Assembly: GCA_018657495.1 (NCBI GenBank)
Contig: JABHXA010000002.1
Span: 5,472 to 69,471 of the forward strand
Reading direction: 5' to 3'
Source: Fidelibacterota bacterium
GTDB taxonomy: Bacteria > Fidelibacterota > Marinisomatia > SCGC-AAA003-L08 > JACNLC01
Length of the DNA stretch: 64,000 nt
Shown here: in pieces, positions 37,668 to 48,030 of the stretch
Position numbering within the stretch: position 1 is the stretch's first letter
How the letters are laid out: every line of letters starts with the position of its first letter
Position numbers and translations under genes: made by a program
The notes under the pieces: model-generated
The model's input: the letters and a program-made list of their open reading frames with translations, nothing else
The model's database searches: none
Told to the model about the DNA's origin: nothing

Positions 37668-38728
37668 TGTTGAAGAATTATTCAGAACTAAAGAAAAAAC
37701 ATGATTTGGAAAACATGTTCAATGCAATCAATGGATTTTCTGTTCAAATTCAGGATTCTGTGACGCAAATGAAAAATTGGAGCCCTGTAAACGGACCAGA
37801 AAATATTCGAAATATATTGATTTTGGGAATGGGGGGGTCTGCAATTGGCGGAGATATTGCCAGAGTGATTCTTCAAAGTGAATGTGAGGTTCCTATAAGT
37901 GTAAATCGATCTTATAATATACCTGCATGGGTAAACGAGCAGACCTTAGTAATAGCATCGTCATATTCTGGAAATACAGAGGAAACACTCAGCGGTTTGG
38001 ATCAATGTATTGCTAGAAATGCTCAAATCATTGCCATGACCACTGGTGGGAGAGTTGGTGAAATTGCCTTAGAAAATAAATTTGATGTGATTCCAATGGT
38101 CGGTGGTTTGCAGCCAAGAGCTGCATTGGGATATTCATTCACACTCCTTCTCATGGCCTTAATTAAATTGGGATTTGGTCATCACGATTTAATCCATCAA
38201 CTGGAAGTTGCCGTAAATAAATTAGAAGTGCTGTCAAAATCACTTAAGAATTTTGATGAAGATAATTACGCAATAAATATTAGTGAAAAGATTTATGAAT
38301 CTATTCCGGTAATTTATGGCAGTGAAGATCTCACCTGGGTAGCAGCCTTAAGGTTTCGAGGACAGCTGGCAGAAAATTCAAAAATGATGGCTTTCCATCA
38401 CCACATACCGGAGCATAATCATAACGAAATTGAAGGTTGGAATTCTTATCCTGAGTTACTAAAAAAATTGAGTATAATCTGGCTTCCTGATCAGCAGGAT
38501 CATCCAAGGTCATTGGCAAGAATGAAAATTTCCCGCGAACTTCTATCAGATTTACCAAAATCTCAAATTAATATCACATCAGATGGAAGTTCACCATTAG
38601 TCAGGTTGCTCTTGTTGATTCATACTATTGACTGGATTAGTTACTATACCGCACTACTGAATGAAACCGATCCAACACCGGTAATAAAAATTATGTCTTT
38701 GAAGAATGAAATGAGTAAAATAGTTTGA
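37667..38728 (+). CDS. Bifunctional phosphoglucose/phosphomannose isomerase (SIS domain family)
   Basis: SIS motif ILGMGGSAIGGD, ASSYSGNTEET and a C-terminal HHHIPEHNHNEIEGW segment. The TAATG gives a 1-nt overlap with the upstream gene. Confidence 0.7.
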   Translation: MLKNYSELKKKHDLENMFNAINGFSVQIQDSVTQMKNWSPVNGPENIRNILILGMGGSAIGGDIARVILQSECEVPISVNRSYNIPAWVNEQTLVIASSYSGNTEETLSGLDQCIARNAQIIAMTTGGRVGEIALENKFDVIPMVGGLQPRAALGYSFTLLLMALIKLGFGHHDLIHQLEVAVNKLEVLSKSLKNFDEDNYAINISEKIYESIPVIYGSEDLTWVAALRFRGQLAENSKMMAFHHHIPEHNHNEIEGWNSYPELLKKLSIIWLPDQQDHPRSLARMKISRELLSDLPKSQINITSDGSSPLVRLLLLIHTIDWISYYTALLNETDPTPVIKIMSLKNEMSKIV

Positions 38729-38845
38729 GTTTAGAAATTATTCGGACTGATTCGGTTATGCTATCAAGTACAATTAATATATTAAAAACTTAATGGAATT
38801 TATTACTTAAGTCTTTGTAAGATTGCTTATGTATAAAGAAGAAAT

Positions 38846-39427
38846 ATGAAACGAGTTGATGTCATAAAAATAGCATACTTTCCACCAAGCAAGGGGTATG
38901 CAGTCATCCTGAAAGAATGGGGGGGAGATCGCCAATTACCTATAATTGTTGGGAGTACCGAAGCACAGGCAATTGCCCTTGCACTTGAGAATATTGAAAT
39001 GCCCAGGCCCCTTACTCATGACCTCTTAGTCAATATATTGGATAACGTCGATGCTGAAGTAACCAAAATATCTATTTCAGAATTACGAAGCGGCACATTT
39101 TATGCAAATATTGAAATACGAATTGAAAATAACCGGGTAAGAGTTGATTCTCGCCCCAGTGATGCAATCGCAATTGGATTGAGAGCTGGAACACCGATTT
39201 TTGTGAATGAGGATTTGCTAAATATAGAAAGTATTGAAAATAAAGTTATTGAAAGCGAATTCAGTCCCATTCATCATGGTAAGCCTGTAAGAAAAGCTAC
39301 TAGCGTCGAAGAGAAGATTTCAGGAATGAAAAAAGCTCTGAATCAGGCCATAGAATTAGAAAATTATGAAATTGCCGCCCTATTAAGAGATAAACTGAAC
39401 CAGGTTCAGGAAGAAAGAAAATCCTAA
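38846..39427 (+). CDS. Bifunctional nuclease (DUF151/BFN) family protein with C-terminal UVR motif
   Basis: LPIIVGSTEAQAIALAL, RPLTHDLL and VDSRPSDAIAIGLR, then YEIAALLRDKL (UVR-like). Confidence 0.7.
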   Translation: MKRVDVIKIAYFPPSKGYAVILKEWGGDRQLPIIVGSTEAQAIALALENIEMPRPLTHDLLVNILDNVDAEVTKISISELRSGTFYANIEIRIENNRVRVDSRPSDAIAIGLRAGTPIFVNEDLLNIESIENKVIESEFSPIHHGKPVRKATSVEEKISGMKKALNQAIELENYEIAALLRDKLNQVQEERKS

Positions 39428-39472
39428 ATAATTAATATTGCTCGGTATTATTGAATTTCTAATAATATCAAA

Positions 39473-40183
39473 TTAGCATAAATCAAATAAGGCCTTTTTT
39501 GCAGAATCCTGTTCTGCTTCCTTTTTACTCTTTCCACTTCCGACATAAGATTTTTCCTGACCTATTTTTACTACTACATTAAATAGTTTTTCATGATCAG
39601 GTCCTTTACTGACATGGTTTATGAAATAAGGACCATCTGTCTTGTTTTTATGGCAGAATTCAATAAGTTGGCCTTTGTAATTATTTTTTGGATTTGCTAA
39701 ATGAGAATTTGGGACTATGGTTTTTAAAATGGTTCGTTTTGCAGCACCGATACCGCCATCCAGAAAAATTGCTCCCATCAATGCTTCAAATGAATCAGCA
39801 ATGATATTATTTTTAACTTTTTTGTCGTTTAGATTTACACATTTCTCAGCGAGGACGTAATCTTTAAGGCTAATCGTACAGGCTACAGTGGCTAGAAAAT
39901 GTTTATTTACAAGGGAAGACCGGTAGTTTGTTAATGTACCTTCATTTGCATCAGGATATTGGTGAAATAACCAATCTGTCAACACACTTTCAATGATGGA
40001 ATCACCAAGAAACTCCATTCGTTCATAATTGTCCTGATGACCCTTTGCCAGCGATCGGTGAGTCAAAGCGCTTATTAATAATGATTTATCCTTAAATCGA
40101 TAGTGTAGTGAGGTCTCTAAACTGGAAAACTCAGATTTAGACCCCTTTAACCAATCAATAAGATATCGTATTATTCCGTCCAC
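39473..40183 (-). CDS. rnc: Ribonuclease III
   Basis: Signature ERMEFLGDSIIE, second acidic site DSFEALMGAIFLDGG, and a C-terminal dsRBD (KGQLIEFC ... SKKEAEQDSAKKAL). Confidence 0.9.
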   Translation of the reverse strand: MDGIIRYLIDWLKGSKSEFSSLETSLHYRFKDKSLLISALTHRSLAKGHQDNYERMEFLGDSIIESVLTDWLFHQYPDANEGTLTNYRSSLVNKHFLATVACTISLKDYVLAEKCVNLNDKKVKNNIIADSFEALMGAIFLDGGIGAAKRTILKTIVPNSHLANPKNNYKGQLIEFCHKNKTDGPYFINHVSKGPDHEKLFNVVVKIGQEKSYVGSGKSKKEAEQDSAKKALFDLC

Positions 40184-41412
40184 TTTTTGAAAAGCAATGT
40201 AGCGTTGTGACCTCCAAATCCAAAAGTATTTGAAATAGCTGCTTTTAGATCCTTTGCCCTGGCCTGATTAGGAGTATAGTCCAAATCGCAATCAGGGTCA
40301 ACAGTTTCAAAGTGAATAGTGGGGGGCACCAATGAATTTTTTAATGCAAGGATTGTGGCAATCGCCTCGATTCCGCCTGCAGCTCCAAGAAGATGGCCAG
40401 TCATCGATTTTGTCGAGCTAACCGATAATTTGTAAGCATGATCACCGAAGAGAGTCCGAATAGCTTTGGTTTCAGTCCTGTCATTGTATGCTGTTGAGGT
40501 TCCATGGGCATTGATATAATCAATATCTTCAAGCTGGAGTCCAGCATCTTTAACTGCCAATTTCATTGAACGAATTGCTCCATCACCACTTGGATCAGGT
40601 GTTGTAAGATGGTAAGCATCGGCAGTGGCACCATATCCTGATAATTCTGCAACGATATTAGCACCTCTTGCTTTGGCATGTTCGTATTCTTCGAGCACTA
40701 AAAGAGCGGCACCTTCTCCCATTACAAAACCGTTTCGATTAAGATCAAATGGTCGGCTTGCTGTTTCAGGATCAGGATTTTTTGTGAGTGCTTTCATATT
40801 AGAAAAACCAGCTACAGACATGGGATTGATGGTTGCATCAGATCCGCCGGCAATTATAATATCCGCATCACCATACTTGATAAGACGATGAGCATCGCCA
40901 ATAACATGGCTGGATGTTGCGCAGGCAGATACTACTGCATAATTTGGTCCCTTGAACCCATATTTAATAGATACCTGCCCTGCAGCAATATCAGTGATCA
41001 TCGCAGGAATAAAAAATGGACTAACCCTTCTAGGACTTTTCAATAGTCGGGAATGCTGTTCAGTAAATGTGTGTATTCCACCGATACCCGAACCGATAAT
41101 TACACCAACTCTGTCGTGATCCACATTATCTGAAGTAATCCCTGCAGAGGTAATCGCCTGATCTGCGGTCACAAGAGCGTACGCGGTGAATCGATCCATA
41201 CGATTCAATTCTTTGCGATCAATATAATCTTCAAAATTCAAATCACGTACTTCACCTGCAATATGAACAGCAAAATCAGTTGTATCAAATTGCTCTATAG
41301 GCCGAATCCCATTTCTACCATTTGAGATACCATCCCAAAATTCTGAAATAGAATTACCAAGTGGAGACAGGATCCCCATCCCTGTTATTACAACGCGACG
41401 GCTATAATCCAT
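40171..41412 (-). CDS. fabF: Beta-ketoacyl-ACP synthase II
   Basis: VSACATSSH (active Cys), INAHGTST and KSMTGHLLGAAG (two His), and FGFGGHN at the C-terminus. Confidence 0.95.
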   Translation of the reverse strand: MDYSRRVVITGMGILSPLGNSISEFWDGISNGRNGIRPIEQFDTTDFAVHIAGEVRDLNFEDYIDRKELNRMDRFTAYALVTADQAITSAGITSDNVDHDRVGVIIGSGIGGIHTFTEQHSRLLKSPRRVSPFFIPAMITDIAAGQVSIKYGFKGPNYAVVSACATSSHVIGDAHRLIKYGDADIIIAGGSDATINPMSVAGFSNMKALTKNPDPETASRPFDLNRNGFVMGEGAALLVLEEYEHAKARGANIVAELSGYGATADAYHLTTPDPSGDGAIRSMKLAVKDAGLQLEDIDYINAHGTSTAYNDRTETKAIRTLFGDHAYKLSVSSTKSMTGHLLGAAGGIEAIATILALKNSLVPPTIHFETVDPDCDLDYTPNQARAKDLKAAISNTFGFGGHNATLLFKKWTE

Positions 41413-41423
41413 TTTACTTGAGA

Positions 41424-41660
41424 CTATCCCATCTTAGTTGTGATATAATCTACAGACTCACCTACTGTGGTCAATCCTTCAGCATCTTCATCGGGAATTT
41501 CAATATCGAACTCCTCTTCGAATTGCATAATCAATTCAACAGTATCTAAAGAATCAGCACCAAGATCATCAATGAATTTGGCTTCGATTGTGATTTTGCT
41601 ATCTTCCACGCCCAGTTTATCAATAATGATTTCTTTTACTTTATCAAAATATTCTGACAT
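41424..41660 (-). CDS. acpP: Acyl carrier protein
   Basis: 78 aa with the phosphopantetheine site [11 protein letters not shown]. Confidence 0.95.
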   Translation of the reverse strand: MSEYFDKVKEIIIDKLGVEDSKITIEAKFIDDLGADSLDTVELIMQFEEEFDIEIPDEDAEGLTTVGESVDYITTKMG

Positions 41661-41680
41661 TTTTTCTCCGTTTTTATTAG

Positions 41681-42421
41681 TTACATTACCATACCACCAT
41701 CAACATTTAAAACCTGACCGGTTATATATGCTGCTTCATCTGAAGCGAGGAACATTGCCAGGTTAGAAACATCCAGGGTAGTACCGAATTTCCCCAAAGG
41801 GATTAATTTTAATAATTCAATTTTAATATTCTCTGCAAGTCCATCAGTCATTTCCGTCATGATGTATCCAGGCGCAATGGCGTTTACAGTAATATTACGT
41901 GATCCAAGTTCTTTGGCGGCTGCTTTGGTCAATCCAAAAACTCCTGCTTTAGATGCAGCATAATTGCTTTGACCAGGATTACCTATTTGACCAATGACAG
42001 AGGAGATGTTAATGATTCTTCCTGCCCTGGTTTTCATCATAAATCTGGTCACAGCCTTTATTCCAGAAAATACACCTTTTAAATTTATATTGAGAACATC
42101 ATCCCAATCATTTTCCTTCATTCTCATGATAAGATTATCACGGGTGATTCCGGCATTATTAACCAGAATATCAATTCGACCAAATTGATTATAGACCTTC
42201 TTTGCCGTGACTTCAAAATCAGATAATGAAGATACATCCATTGGGAATACATGTGAAATTCCACCAGATTTTGAGATTTGGGATTGAACTTCGGATAAAG
42301 ATGATTCAGTTCGGCTAATAAGAATAACGGTTGCACCTGCCTTGGCAAAGTTAATCGAGATATCCTTTCCGATCCCCCTTGAGGCACCGGTGACCATCAC
42401 AACTTTATCTTTAAAATTCAT
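41681..42421 (-). CDS. fabG: 3-oxoacyl-ACP reductase
   Basis: [16 protein letters not shown] and YAASKAG, located between fabD and acpP. Confidence 0.9.
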   Translation of the reverse strand: MNFKDKVVMVTGASRGIGKDISINFAKAGATVILISRTESSLSEVQSQISKSGGISHVFPMDVSSLSDFEVTAKKVYNQFGRIDILVNNAGITRDNLIMRMKENDWDDVLNINLKGVFSGIKAVTRFMMKTRAGRIINISSVIGQIGNPGQSNYAASKAGVFGLTKAAAKELGSRNITVNAIAPGYIMTEMTDGLAENIKIELLKLIPLGKFGTTLDVSNLAMFLASDEAAYITGQVLNVDGGMVM

Positions 42422-43322
42422 AATTTATAGTTTCCTCAAATTTGCCAAGACTAACATTAGTAGAATCCCTAAAAATTCTTCTATTTAGTCCATGTAGAAC
42501 TTTCCCCGGACCGAGTTCAAAAAAGGATTTATGTCCATCCATTTTCATTTTTTCAATTATTTCCACCCAGCGTACAGGTGACTCCAATTGCAGGAGAATA
42601 TTCTCTTTTATAATCTCAATATCCGTTTCAGGTTTGGCAGACACATTCTGATATACAGGTACAGATGGCGAGTTAAAATTTAACTGATTCATAGCATCGG
42701 AAAGTTGTTCACGAGCTGGTTTCATCAATGGAGAATGAAATGCCCCTGATACATTCAGAGGAATTGCTCTTCGAATCCCTAATTTCTTTGCAGTTTCGAC
42801 TGCTGCAGATACCGCATCAACTTCACCTGAGATAACGATTTGACCAGGTGCATTCATATTTGCCTCAACAACAATACCTTCCTGATCACATATCTCTTTC
42901 ATCTGTTCGTCATTTGCACCAATGATGGCGGCCATACTTCCAGGTTGTTTCTCTCCGGCATTGGCCATTTCAGAGCTTCTCACCTTTACCAGTTTTACTG
43001 CATCTTCAAAAGTTAAAACACCAGCTGCGACAAATGCCGTGAATTCGCCAAGGCTATGCCCGGCGACGCCAGAAAATGTTAATCCTCTGGATTCAAGAAT
43101 TTTATAAATTACGATACTATGAACAAATATTGCAGGTTGGGTATATTGAGTGAGTTTCAGCGATTTTTCCGGACCATTAAAGGAGATATCAGCGATATCA
43201 AAACCCAGAATGTCTGAAGCTCTGAGATAACATTCCTTTGCCAGGTTTGAATTATCAAAAAGATCCTTGCCCATTCCGACAAATTGGGATCCCTGTCCTG
43301 GGAATAGTAAAATATCAGGCAT
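42411..43322 (-). CDS. fabD: Malonyl-CoA:ACP transacylase
   Basis: Start moved to the ATG giving MPDILLFPGQGSQFVGMG. GHSLGEF carries the active Ser. The 26 extra N-terminal codons in the ORF track lie inside fabH. Confidence 0.9.
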   Translation of the reverse strand: MPDILLFPGQGSQFVGMGKDLFDNSNLAKECYLRASDILGFDIADISFNGPEKSLKLTQYTQPAIFVHSIVIYKILESRGLTFSGVAGHSLGEFTAFVAAGVLTFEDAVKLVKVRSSEMANAGEKQPGSMAAIIGANDEQMKEICDQEGIVVEANMNAPGQIVISGEVDAVSAAVETAKKLGIRRAIPLNVSGAFHSPLMKPAREQLSDAMNQLNFNSPSVPVYQNVSAKPETDIEIIKENILLQLESPVRWVEIIEKMKMDGHKSFFELGPGKVLHGLNRRIFRDSTNVSLGKFEETINYEF

Positions 43323-44325
43323 TATTTGAAATACCCCATTTAATATACATTGCACCCCATGTAAAACCTGCACCGAATGCAGATAAAATAACATTATCAC
43401 CTTTATTCAGTCGCCCTGATTCAAAAGCATCCACCAAACCAATTGGAATAGTTGCAGCAGTAGTATTTGCGTATTTGTCAATATTGATCAATACTTTATC
43501 ATCCGATATCCCCAATCGCTTTGCAGAGGCATCGATTATTCTTTTATTGGCTTGGTGAGGAATAAAAAGATCAATATCTTCATTTGCAAGTCCATTTCGT
43601 TTGGCAATATCAAATGAAATATCTGCCATGCCTTTAACGGCAAATTTGAAGACACTCCGACCATCCTGATAGACATAATGCATTTTTTCATCAACAGTTT
43701 TGTGACTTGCAGGATGTAGGCTTCCACCGCCTTTCAGATTTAAAAATTTCCCCCCGCTGCCGTCCATCCGCATTTTGGCATCAATTATTCCAAACTCATC
43801 AGATGGCTCCAGAAGGACTGCACCGGCCCCATCACCAAAAATAATACAGGTATTTCTATCAGTATAATCTATAATAGAACTCATGGTCTCTGCACCAATG
43901 ATGAGTACTTTCTTGTATCGTCCAGTTTCTATCATCATTGCACCTGTCTGTAAGCCAAAGAGAAATCCTGAACAGGCGGCAGATAAATCATATCCCCAGG
44001 CATTCACAGCGCCGATATTATCTTGGACGATTGCTGCTGTAGAGGGAAGCATCATATCAGGAGTTATCGTAGCAACAATTATTGCATCTATTTCATCGGC
44101 AGAAATATTTCTCATCTCAAGAACTTTTTCTACGGCTTTTGTACAGAGGTCAGAAGTGGTTTCACCCTTCGCAACGATACGACGTTCTTTTATACCAGTA
44201 CGGCTGACGATCCACTCATCAGTGGTTTCAACCATTTTTTCAAGATCAGCATTGGTCAATATGTTTTCTGGTACATACATCCCAAGGGCTGTAATATTTG
44301 CATATATTTTCTTTTGGTTCATCAA
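43315..44325 (-). CDS. fabH: Beta-ketoacyl-ACP synthase III
   Basis: LSAACSGFLFGL (Cys), FIPHQANKRI (His) and SAFGAGFTWG. Confidence 0.95.
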   Translation of the reverse strand: MMNQKKIYANITALGMYVPENILTNADLEKMVETTDEWIVSRTGIKERRIVAKGETTSDLCTKAVEKVLEMRNISADEIDAIIVATITPDMMLPSTAAIVQDNIGAVNAWGYDLSAACSGFLFGLQTGAMMIETGRYKKVLIIGAETMSSIIDYTDRNTCIIFGDGAGAVLLEPSDEFGIIDAKMRMDGSGGKFLNLKGGGSLHPASHKTVDEKMHYVYQDGRSVFKFAVKGMADISFDIAKRNGLANEDIDLFIPHQANKRIIDASAKRLGISDDKVLINIDKYANTTAATIPIGLVDAFESGRLNKGDNVILSAFGAGFTWGAMYIKWGISNNA

Positions 44326-44332
44326 TTCTATT

Positions 44333-45346
44333 TTAGTCCATTATATCAAGGTGTGAAGCAACGCGATTTCCAATATTTTCAATTAAATTTGTATCAATAA
44401 GATGCTGAGCATTGATCAGAGAATTATAGATTGATACATGGCTGGAAGAACCATGTGCTTTTAATACAATACCATTGATACCCAGAAAAGGGGTACCCCC
44501 ATAGGTTTCATAATTCATTAATTCTTTCATATCTCGAAAAGCAGGAGCCATGAGTGGTGCCGATATTCGACAAATGGGATGGGATTTTATACTTTCCTTA
44601 AACCAATCCATCATATGGACGATAACGCCTTCAATAAATTTTAATACTGTGTTGCCAACGAATCCGTCACAAATCACAATATCTACTTTTCCATCAAGTA
44701 TATATCTAGCTTCAATATTGCCAACAAAATTATTGATATGTTCTTCCATGAGGGGGAAGGCCTTACGTGTCAATTCGTTTCCCTTATTATCCTCGGTACC
44801 AATATTCAGTAAACCCACGGATGGGTTTTTTTTGCCCATGGAAAACTCCATATAGGCACTTGCCATTATGCCAAAATGGACCAGGTGAAATGCTTTACAT
44901 TCCATATTTGCCCCGGCATCACTTAGAATAAACCCACCGTTATTAGTTGGGATAAACGGCGAAAGTGCCGGTCTCTTAATTCCAGAAATATTTCCAATTG
45001 TAAAAAGTGAGGTGGACAGAAGCGCACCGGTATTACCGGCACTTATAACCGCATCAGCATCGCCACTATTGACAAGCTTAATGGATTTAACCAGGGAAGA
45101 GTTCGGCTTTGTCCGGTGTATTTTTGCAGGGCTATCATCCATGCCCACAATGTCCTGAGCATCATATACAGAAACTTTTTCCGGCATATGTGGAAAGGCA
45201 GTCAATTCTTTGGTAATTAGCTCTTTTTTACCCACCAGAATGATGTTAGCCGCATCGTCACCAAAGTGTTTTAGATACTCGAATGCACCTTTAACATTCG
45301 ACAAAGGTGCATTGTCACCGCCCATTGCATCGATGGCGATATTCAT
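44333..45346 (-). CDS. plsX: Phosphate:acyl-ACP acyltransferase
   Basis: MNIAIDAMGGDNAP N-terminus, VSAGNTGAL, and position between rpmF and fabH. Confidence 0.95.
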   Translation of the reverse strand: MNIAIDAMGGDNAPLSNVKGAFEYLKHFGDDAANIILVGKKELITKELTAFPHMPEKVSVYDAQDIVGMDDSPAKIHRTKPNSSLVKSIKLVNSGDADAVISAGNTGALLSTSLFTIGNISGIKRPALSPFIPTNNGGFILSDAGANMECKAFHLVHFGIMASAYMEFSMGKKNPSVGLLNIGTEDNKGNELTRKAFPLMEEHINNFVGNIEARYILDGKVDIVICDGFVGNTVLKFIEGVIVHMMDWFKESIKSHPICRISAPLMAPAFRDMKELMNYETYGGTPFLGINGIVLKAHGSSSHVSIYNSLINAQHLIDTNLIENIGNRVASHLDIMD

Positions 45347-45359
45347 ATATGAATTTGGA

Positions 45360-45542
45360 TTAAATTCCTTTTGCTGAAATTACAGGTCTATCTTTATAGT
45401 AACCGCAGGAGGGGCATGCCCTATAAGGCAGTTTTGGGGAGTTACATTGTGGACATACACTTACTTGAGGCGTTGTTGCCTTCCAATGAGTGCGGCGTTT
45501 TCTTCCACGCTGTTTTGATATTTTTCTTTTTGGTACAGCCAT
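45360..45542 (-). CDS. rpmF: 50S ribosomal protein L32
   Basis: MAVPKRKISKQRGRKRRTHWK plus a CPQC ... CPSCGYY zinc ribbon. Confidence 0.95.
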   Translation of the reverse strand: MAVPKRKISKQRGRKRRTHWKATTPQVSVCPQCNSPKLPYRACPSCGYYKDRPVISAKGI

Positions 45543-45717
45543 TAAAATCCCTCTGTTTATTCCTTTTTATGTATCAATTTGATTAATTTGACTCTTAGTA
45601 GAGCCTTGTAATTTAACTGAACTAAATTCCATTTTACAATATTTGTTTATACTAAAATACATAAAAAATGCAGAAGTTAGAAAGGATATGGAATGATAGG
45701 CTTTTTATGAGGTAAAA

Positions 45718-46755
45718 TCAGGAGATTTTCAATAGATTGATATCATTTTCATCTTGCTTGATGCGGATAAAAAGTAAGGTCTGAGTTGATATAAATGAAC
45801 TCAGCCCAAATGATAGTGAAATCAACAAAGCGGCAATGTACCAAAGCATAATTATTATGCTGGACTTTGGCATCGTGGCAATTTGGAAAATAAAATTATC
45901 CTGTAAGAATAGATCCAACCCGAATTTTGGAAAAACCTCATTATATGAAGCAAGAACATTTAAATCGGAAAATCTTCTTACAATCCAGAATCCCGCCTTA
46001 AATAAATAAAACAGTCCTGAAAATGAGATTACTGCATTCAAAAGAGAAACGAATAAACCACTAATAAGCAGCCATGGACGTGCCCATAGAATTGAATAGG
46101 ACTGAAAGATAATTCCCATCATATCATGTCCCCATGTAGCTGCAATTGAAGGAAGAAATAGCATTCCATTAATCATCGCCAGAATTGTGTAAACAAGAAA
46201 CATACCGATTAAACATAACAACGGGATCAGGAAAAAATATAATAATAAGCCAATCACAGGCAATTTGGTCAGCAGGGCAAGTAAGATGCTCAGGGCAAAA
46301 AAGAACATAATGATGACAACAAATCCTAATGGCGCAAAAAGGATATTAGTAAAATTTGTATTTAAAAATTTGCGAATATTAGGGCCAGAGAAATCTCTAT
46401 CTCCTTTCAGATACTCTGTAATAGTAACTGCAATAATCGAAGAGGTTATGAGTATAGAGGATATTGCCAGAATATAACCTATGAATAAAATAACATTTGC
46501 CAGAATGGGCAAATCGATATTTGGAATTACAACAGGAATGATACCAATAAAAATAAAGCTTTCATGATAGTCTGTGAACAATAAAACAGTGAGAAATGAA
46601 CCGGCTAACGAGAAGAAATAGGAAGTCAGGAGACCAACAAAACCAATGAATATTATCTTGAATTTTAGCGCATATCTCGAAGCAGAGAAGAGATCCAGGA
46701 AATTATTCCTAAGCCTTAAAACATTATAATACCGATCAATTTCTTTTCTTGACAC
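45718..46755 (-). CDS. Polytopic integral membrane protein, function unknown
   Basis: 345 aa with about 8 hydrophobic helices and a GTG start. It overlaps the upstream SPOR gene by 20 nt. I recognise no family motif. Confidence 0.5.
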   Translation of the reverse strand: MSRKEIDRYYNVLRLRNNFLDLFSASRYALKFKIIFIGFVGLLTSYFFSLAGSFLTVLLFTDYHESFIFIGIIPVVIPNIDLPILANVILFIGYILAISSILITSSIIAVTITEYLKGDRDFSGPNIRKFLNTNFTNILFAPLGFVVIIMFFFALSILLALLTKLPVIGLLLYFFLIPLLCLIGMFLVYTILAMINGMLFLPSIAATWGHDMMGIIFQSYSILWARPWLLISGLFVSLLNAVISFSGLFYLFKAGFWIVRRFSDLNVLASYNEVFPKFGLDLFLQDNFIFQIATMPKSSIIIMLWYIAALLISLSFGLSSFISTQTLLFIRIKQDENDINLLKIS

Positions 46756-47578
46756 GGTCGATCCAAATATCAGTTTTTATTTTCGAGGATACAAATTGTT
46801 TTGCCTTTACAGCATCATCATAGTTTTTAAAATTCCCAACCCTGACTCTAAACCATATTTGGTCAGAATCCATCATATAGGTTCGTTCAATATGAGCTTC
46901 AATCCCAACTATTTTCAACTCTTTTATATTTGCAATAGCAAAACTTTCTTTCTTCCAGGATGAAATTTGAAGACTGAAATATCCCTTACCAGGCGATGCA
47001 AATGCCGGCATTGATTGAATTATAACTTCTGCATGTTTGTTCTTTTGGGATTTCTGTAAATCTACTTCAGTATCAGAAGTATTATCTGAATTGATGACTT
47101 CAGTGTTTTCCTTATTTATGGTCCCATGATCATCAGTTGGGGTCGATTCTTCCTTCTCCTCAACTTGATGTTGGATAACTGGAGGTGAAGTTTCTTTTCC
47201 AAGCGGTTCTGGATTCTGGGAGATGATCTCAAAATCTGAAATATTACTATCAGTGTTGACAGCCAGAAAATGAAAAACATCCTGACTGAGTTTGTCGTTG
47301 GGAGAAATTACTGTGCAGACAATAGAGTATTCCCCTGGTAAATCAGGCGTGAATAAAACTTGATTATGATCGACAATGATTTTTGCCATGCTGGTGAGGG
47401 GCTTTTTGCCATATGACCAATAAAAAGTGATATCAGGCGAATCAGTGATGGCAAATGAAGAACGGACTTTTACGGTATTCCCAATTTCAATTTCTTCTGA
47501 TTTGGGTTCCGAGGAACAAGCAATAATCAGAAGACCGATAATAATGGAAGTAAAGTAAATATATGTCCTGTTCTTCAT
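46736..47578 (-). CDS. SPOR domain lipoprotein (peptidoglycan-binding), with N-terminal Ig-like region and acidic linker
   Basis: Start moved to MKNRTYIYFTSIIIGLLIIACSS (lipobox IIAC). The C-terminal SPOR-like segment is GYFSLQISSWKKESFA ... QIWFRVRVGNFKNYDDAVKAK. Confidence 0.6.
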   Translation of the reverse strand: MKNRTYIYFTSIIIGLLIIACSSEPKSEEIEIGNTVKVRSSFAITDSPDITFYWSYGKKPLTSMAKIIVDHNQVLFTPDLPGEYSIVCTVISPNDKLSQDVFHFLAVNTDSNISDFEIISQNPEPLGKETSPPVIQHQVEEKEESTPTDDHGTINKENTEVINSDNTSDTEVDLQKSQKNKHAEVIIQSMPAFASPGKGYFSLQISSWKKESFAIANIKELKIVGIEAHIERTYMMDSDQIWFRVRVGNFKNYDDAVKAKQFVSSKIKTDIWIDRVKKRN

Positions 47579-47588
47579 AAATAAATGG

Positions 47589-48023
47589 CTAGTTATTGCT
47601 GATAAGTTCGCAATCTGAAAAGAAAAATGCAATCTCTTTTATTGCATTATCATCAGAATCTGAACCGTGAACAGCATTTTCACCAAGGCTGGTGGCGAAA
47701 TCTTTCCTGATTGTGCCTGAATCGGCGTCAGCAGGATTGGTAGCACCAATCGTTTTTCGCCACTCTGCAACGGCATTTTCTTTTCTTAGGGCCAGGACCA
47801 TTGCCTGTCCTGACGACATAAATTCAGTCAGTTCATTATAGAATGGTTTTCCTTTGTGAACAGAATAAAATCCTTCTGCCTGGGCCAGACTCATGCGTGT
47901 AAGTTTCGCAGACAGTATATTAAAGCCGGCTTTTAGAATCCGGTCATAAATAAGTCCAGTGTAATTATTTTTAACTGCATCTGGTTTAATTATTGCAAAT
48001 GTTAAGTTTCCCATGATCTCCAA
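47589..48023 (-). CDS. ndk: Nucleoside diphosphate kinase
   Basis: TFAIIKPDAV, MVLALR and NAVHGSDS (active His). The start could instead be the ATG three codons downstream. Confidence 0.9.
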   Translation of the reverse strand: MEIMGNLTFAIIKPDAVKNNYTGLIYDRILKAGFNILSAKLTRMSLAQAEGFYSVHKGKPFYNELTEFMSSGQAMVLALRKENAVAEWRKTIGATNPADADSGTIRKDFATSLGENAVHGSDSDDNAIKEIAFFFSDCELISNN

Positions 48024-48030
48024 TTAGTTA

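Noticed and set aside
43323-43400. N-terminal extensions in the ORF track. These are FabD from 43400, paralogue 1 from 54531, paralogue 3 from 59517, the SPOR protein from 47632 and the receiver from 27468.
   Set aside because: In each case a downstream ATG gives a canonical N-terminus (FPGQGSQ motif, signal peptide or lipobox), often with a purine-rich ribosome-binding site. The extension overlaps the upstream gene or is non-conserved.
43883-44356. Long ORFs antisense to well-supported genes. Examples are 43883-44356 and 44023-44400 opposite fabH, 51200-51694 opposite the P-loop gene, 13316-13633 opposite pfk, 15040-15354 opposite the GGDEF gene, and 7684-7980 opposite the protease.
   Set aside because: Each lies entirely inside a gene whose product has clear family motifs. 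Their translations are low-complexity (Ser/Thr/Ile/Phe-rich) with no recognisable motifs, which is typical of shadow ORFs in AT-rich DNA.
45543-45717. The expected DUF177/YceD gene upstream of rpmF-plsX is absent.
   Set aside because: The 175-nt spacer has no ORF or remnant that I can recognise. The absence may be lineage-typical and cannot be evaluated without comparative data.
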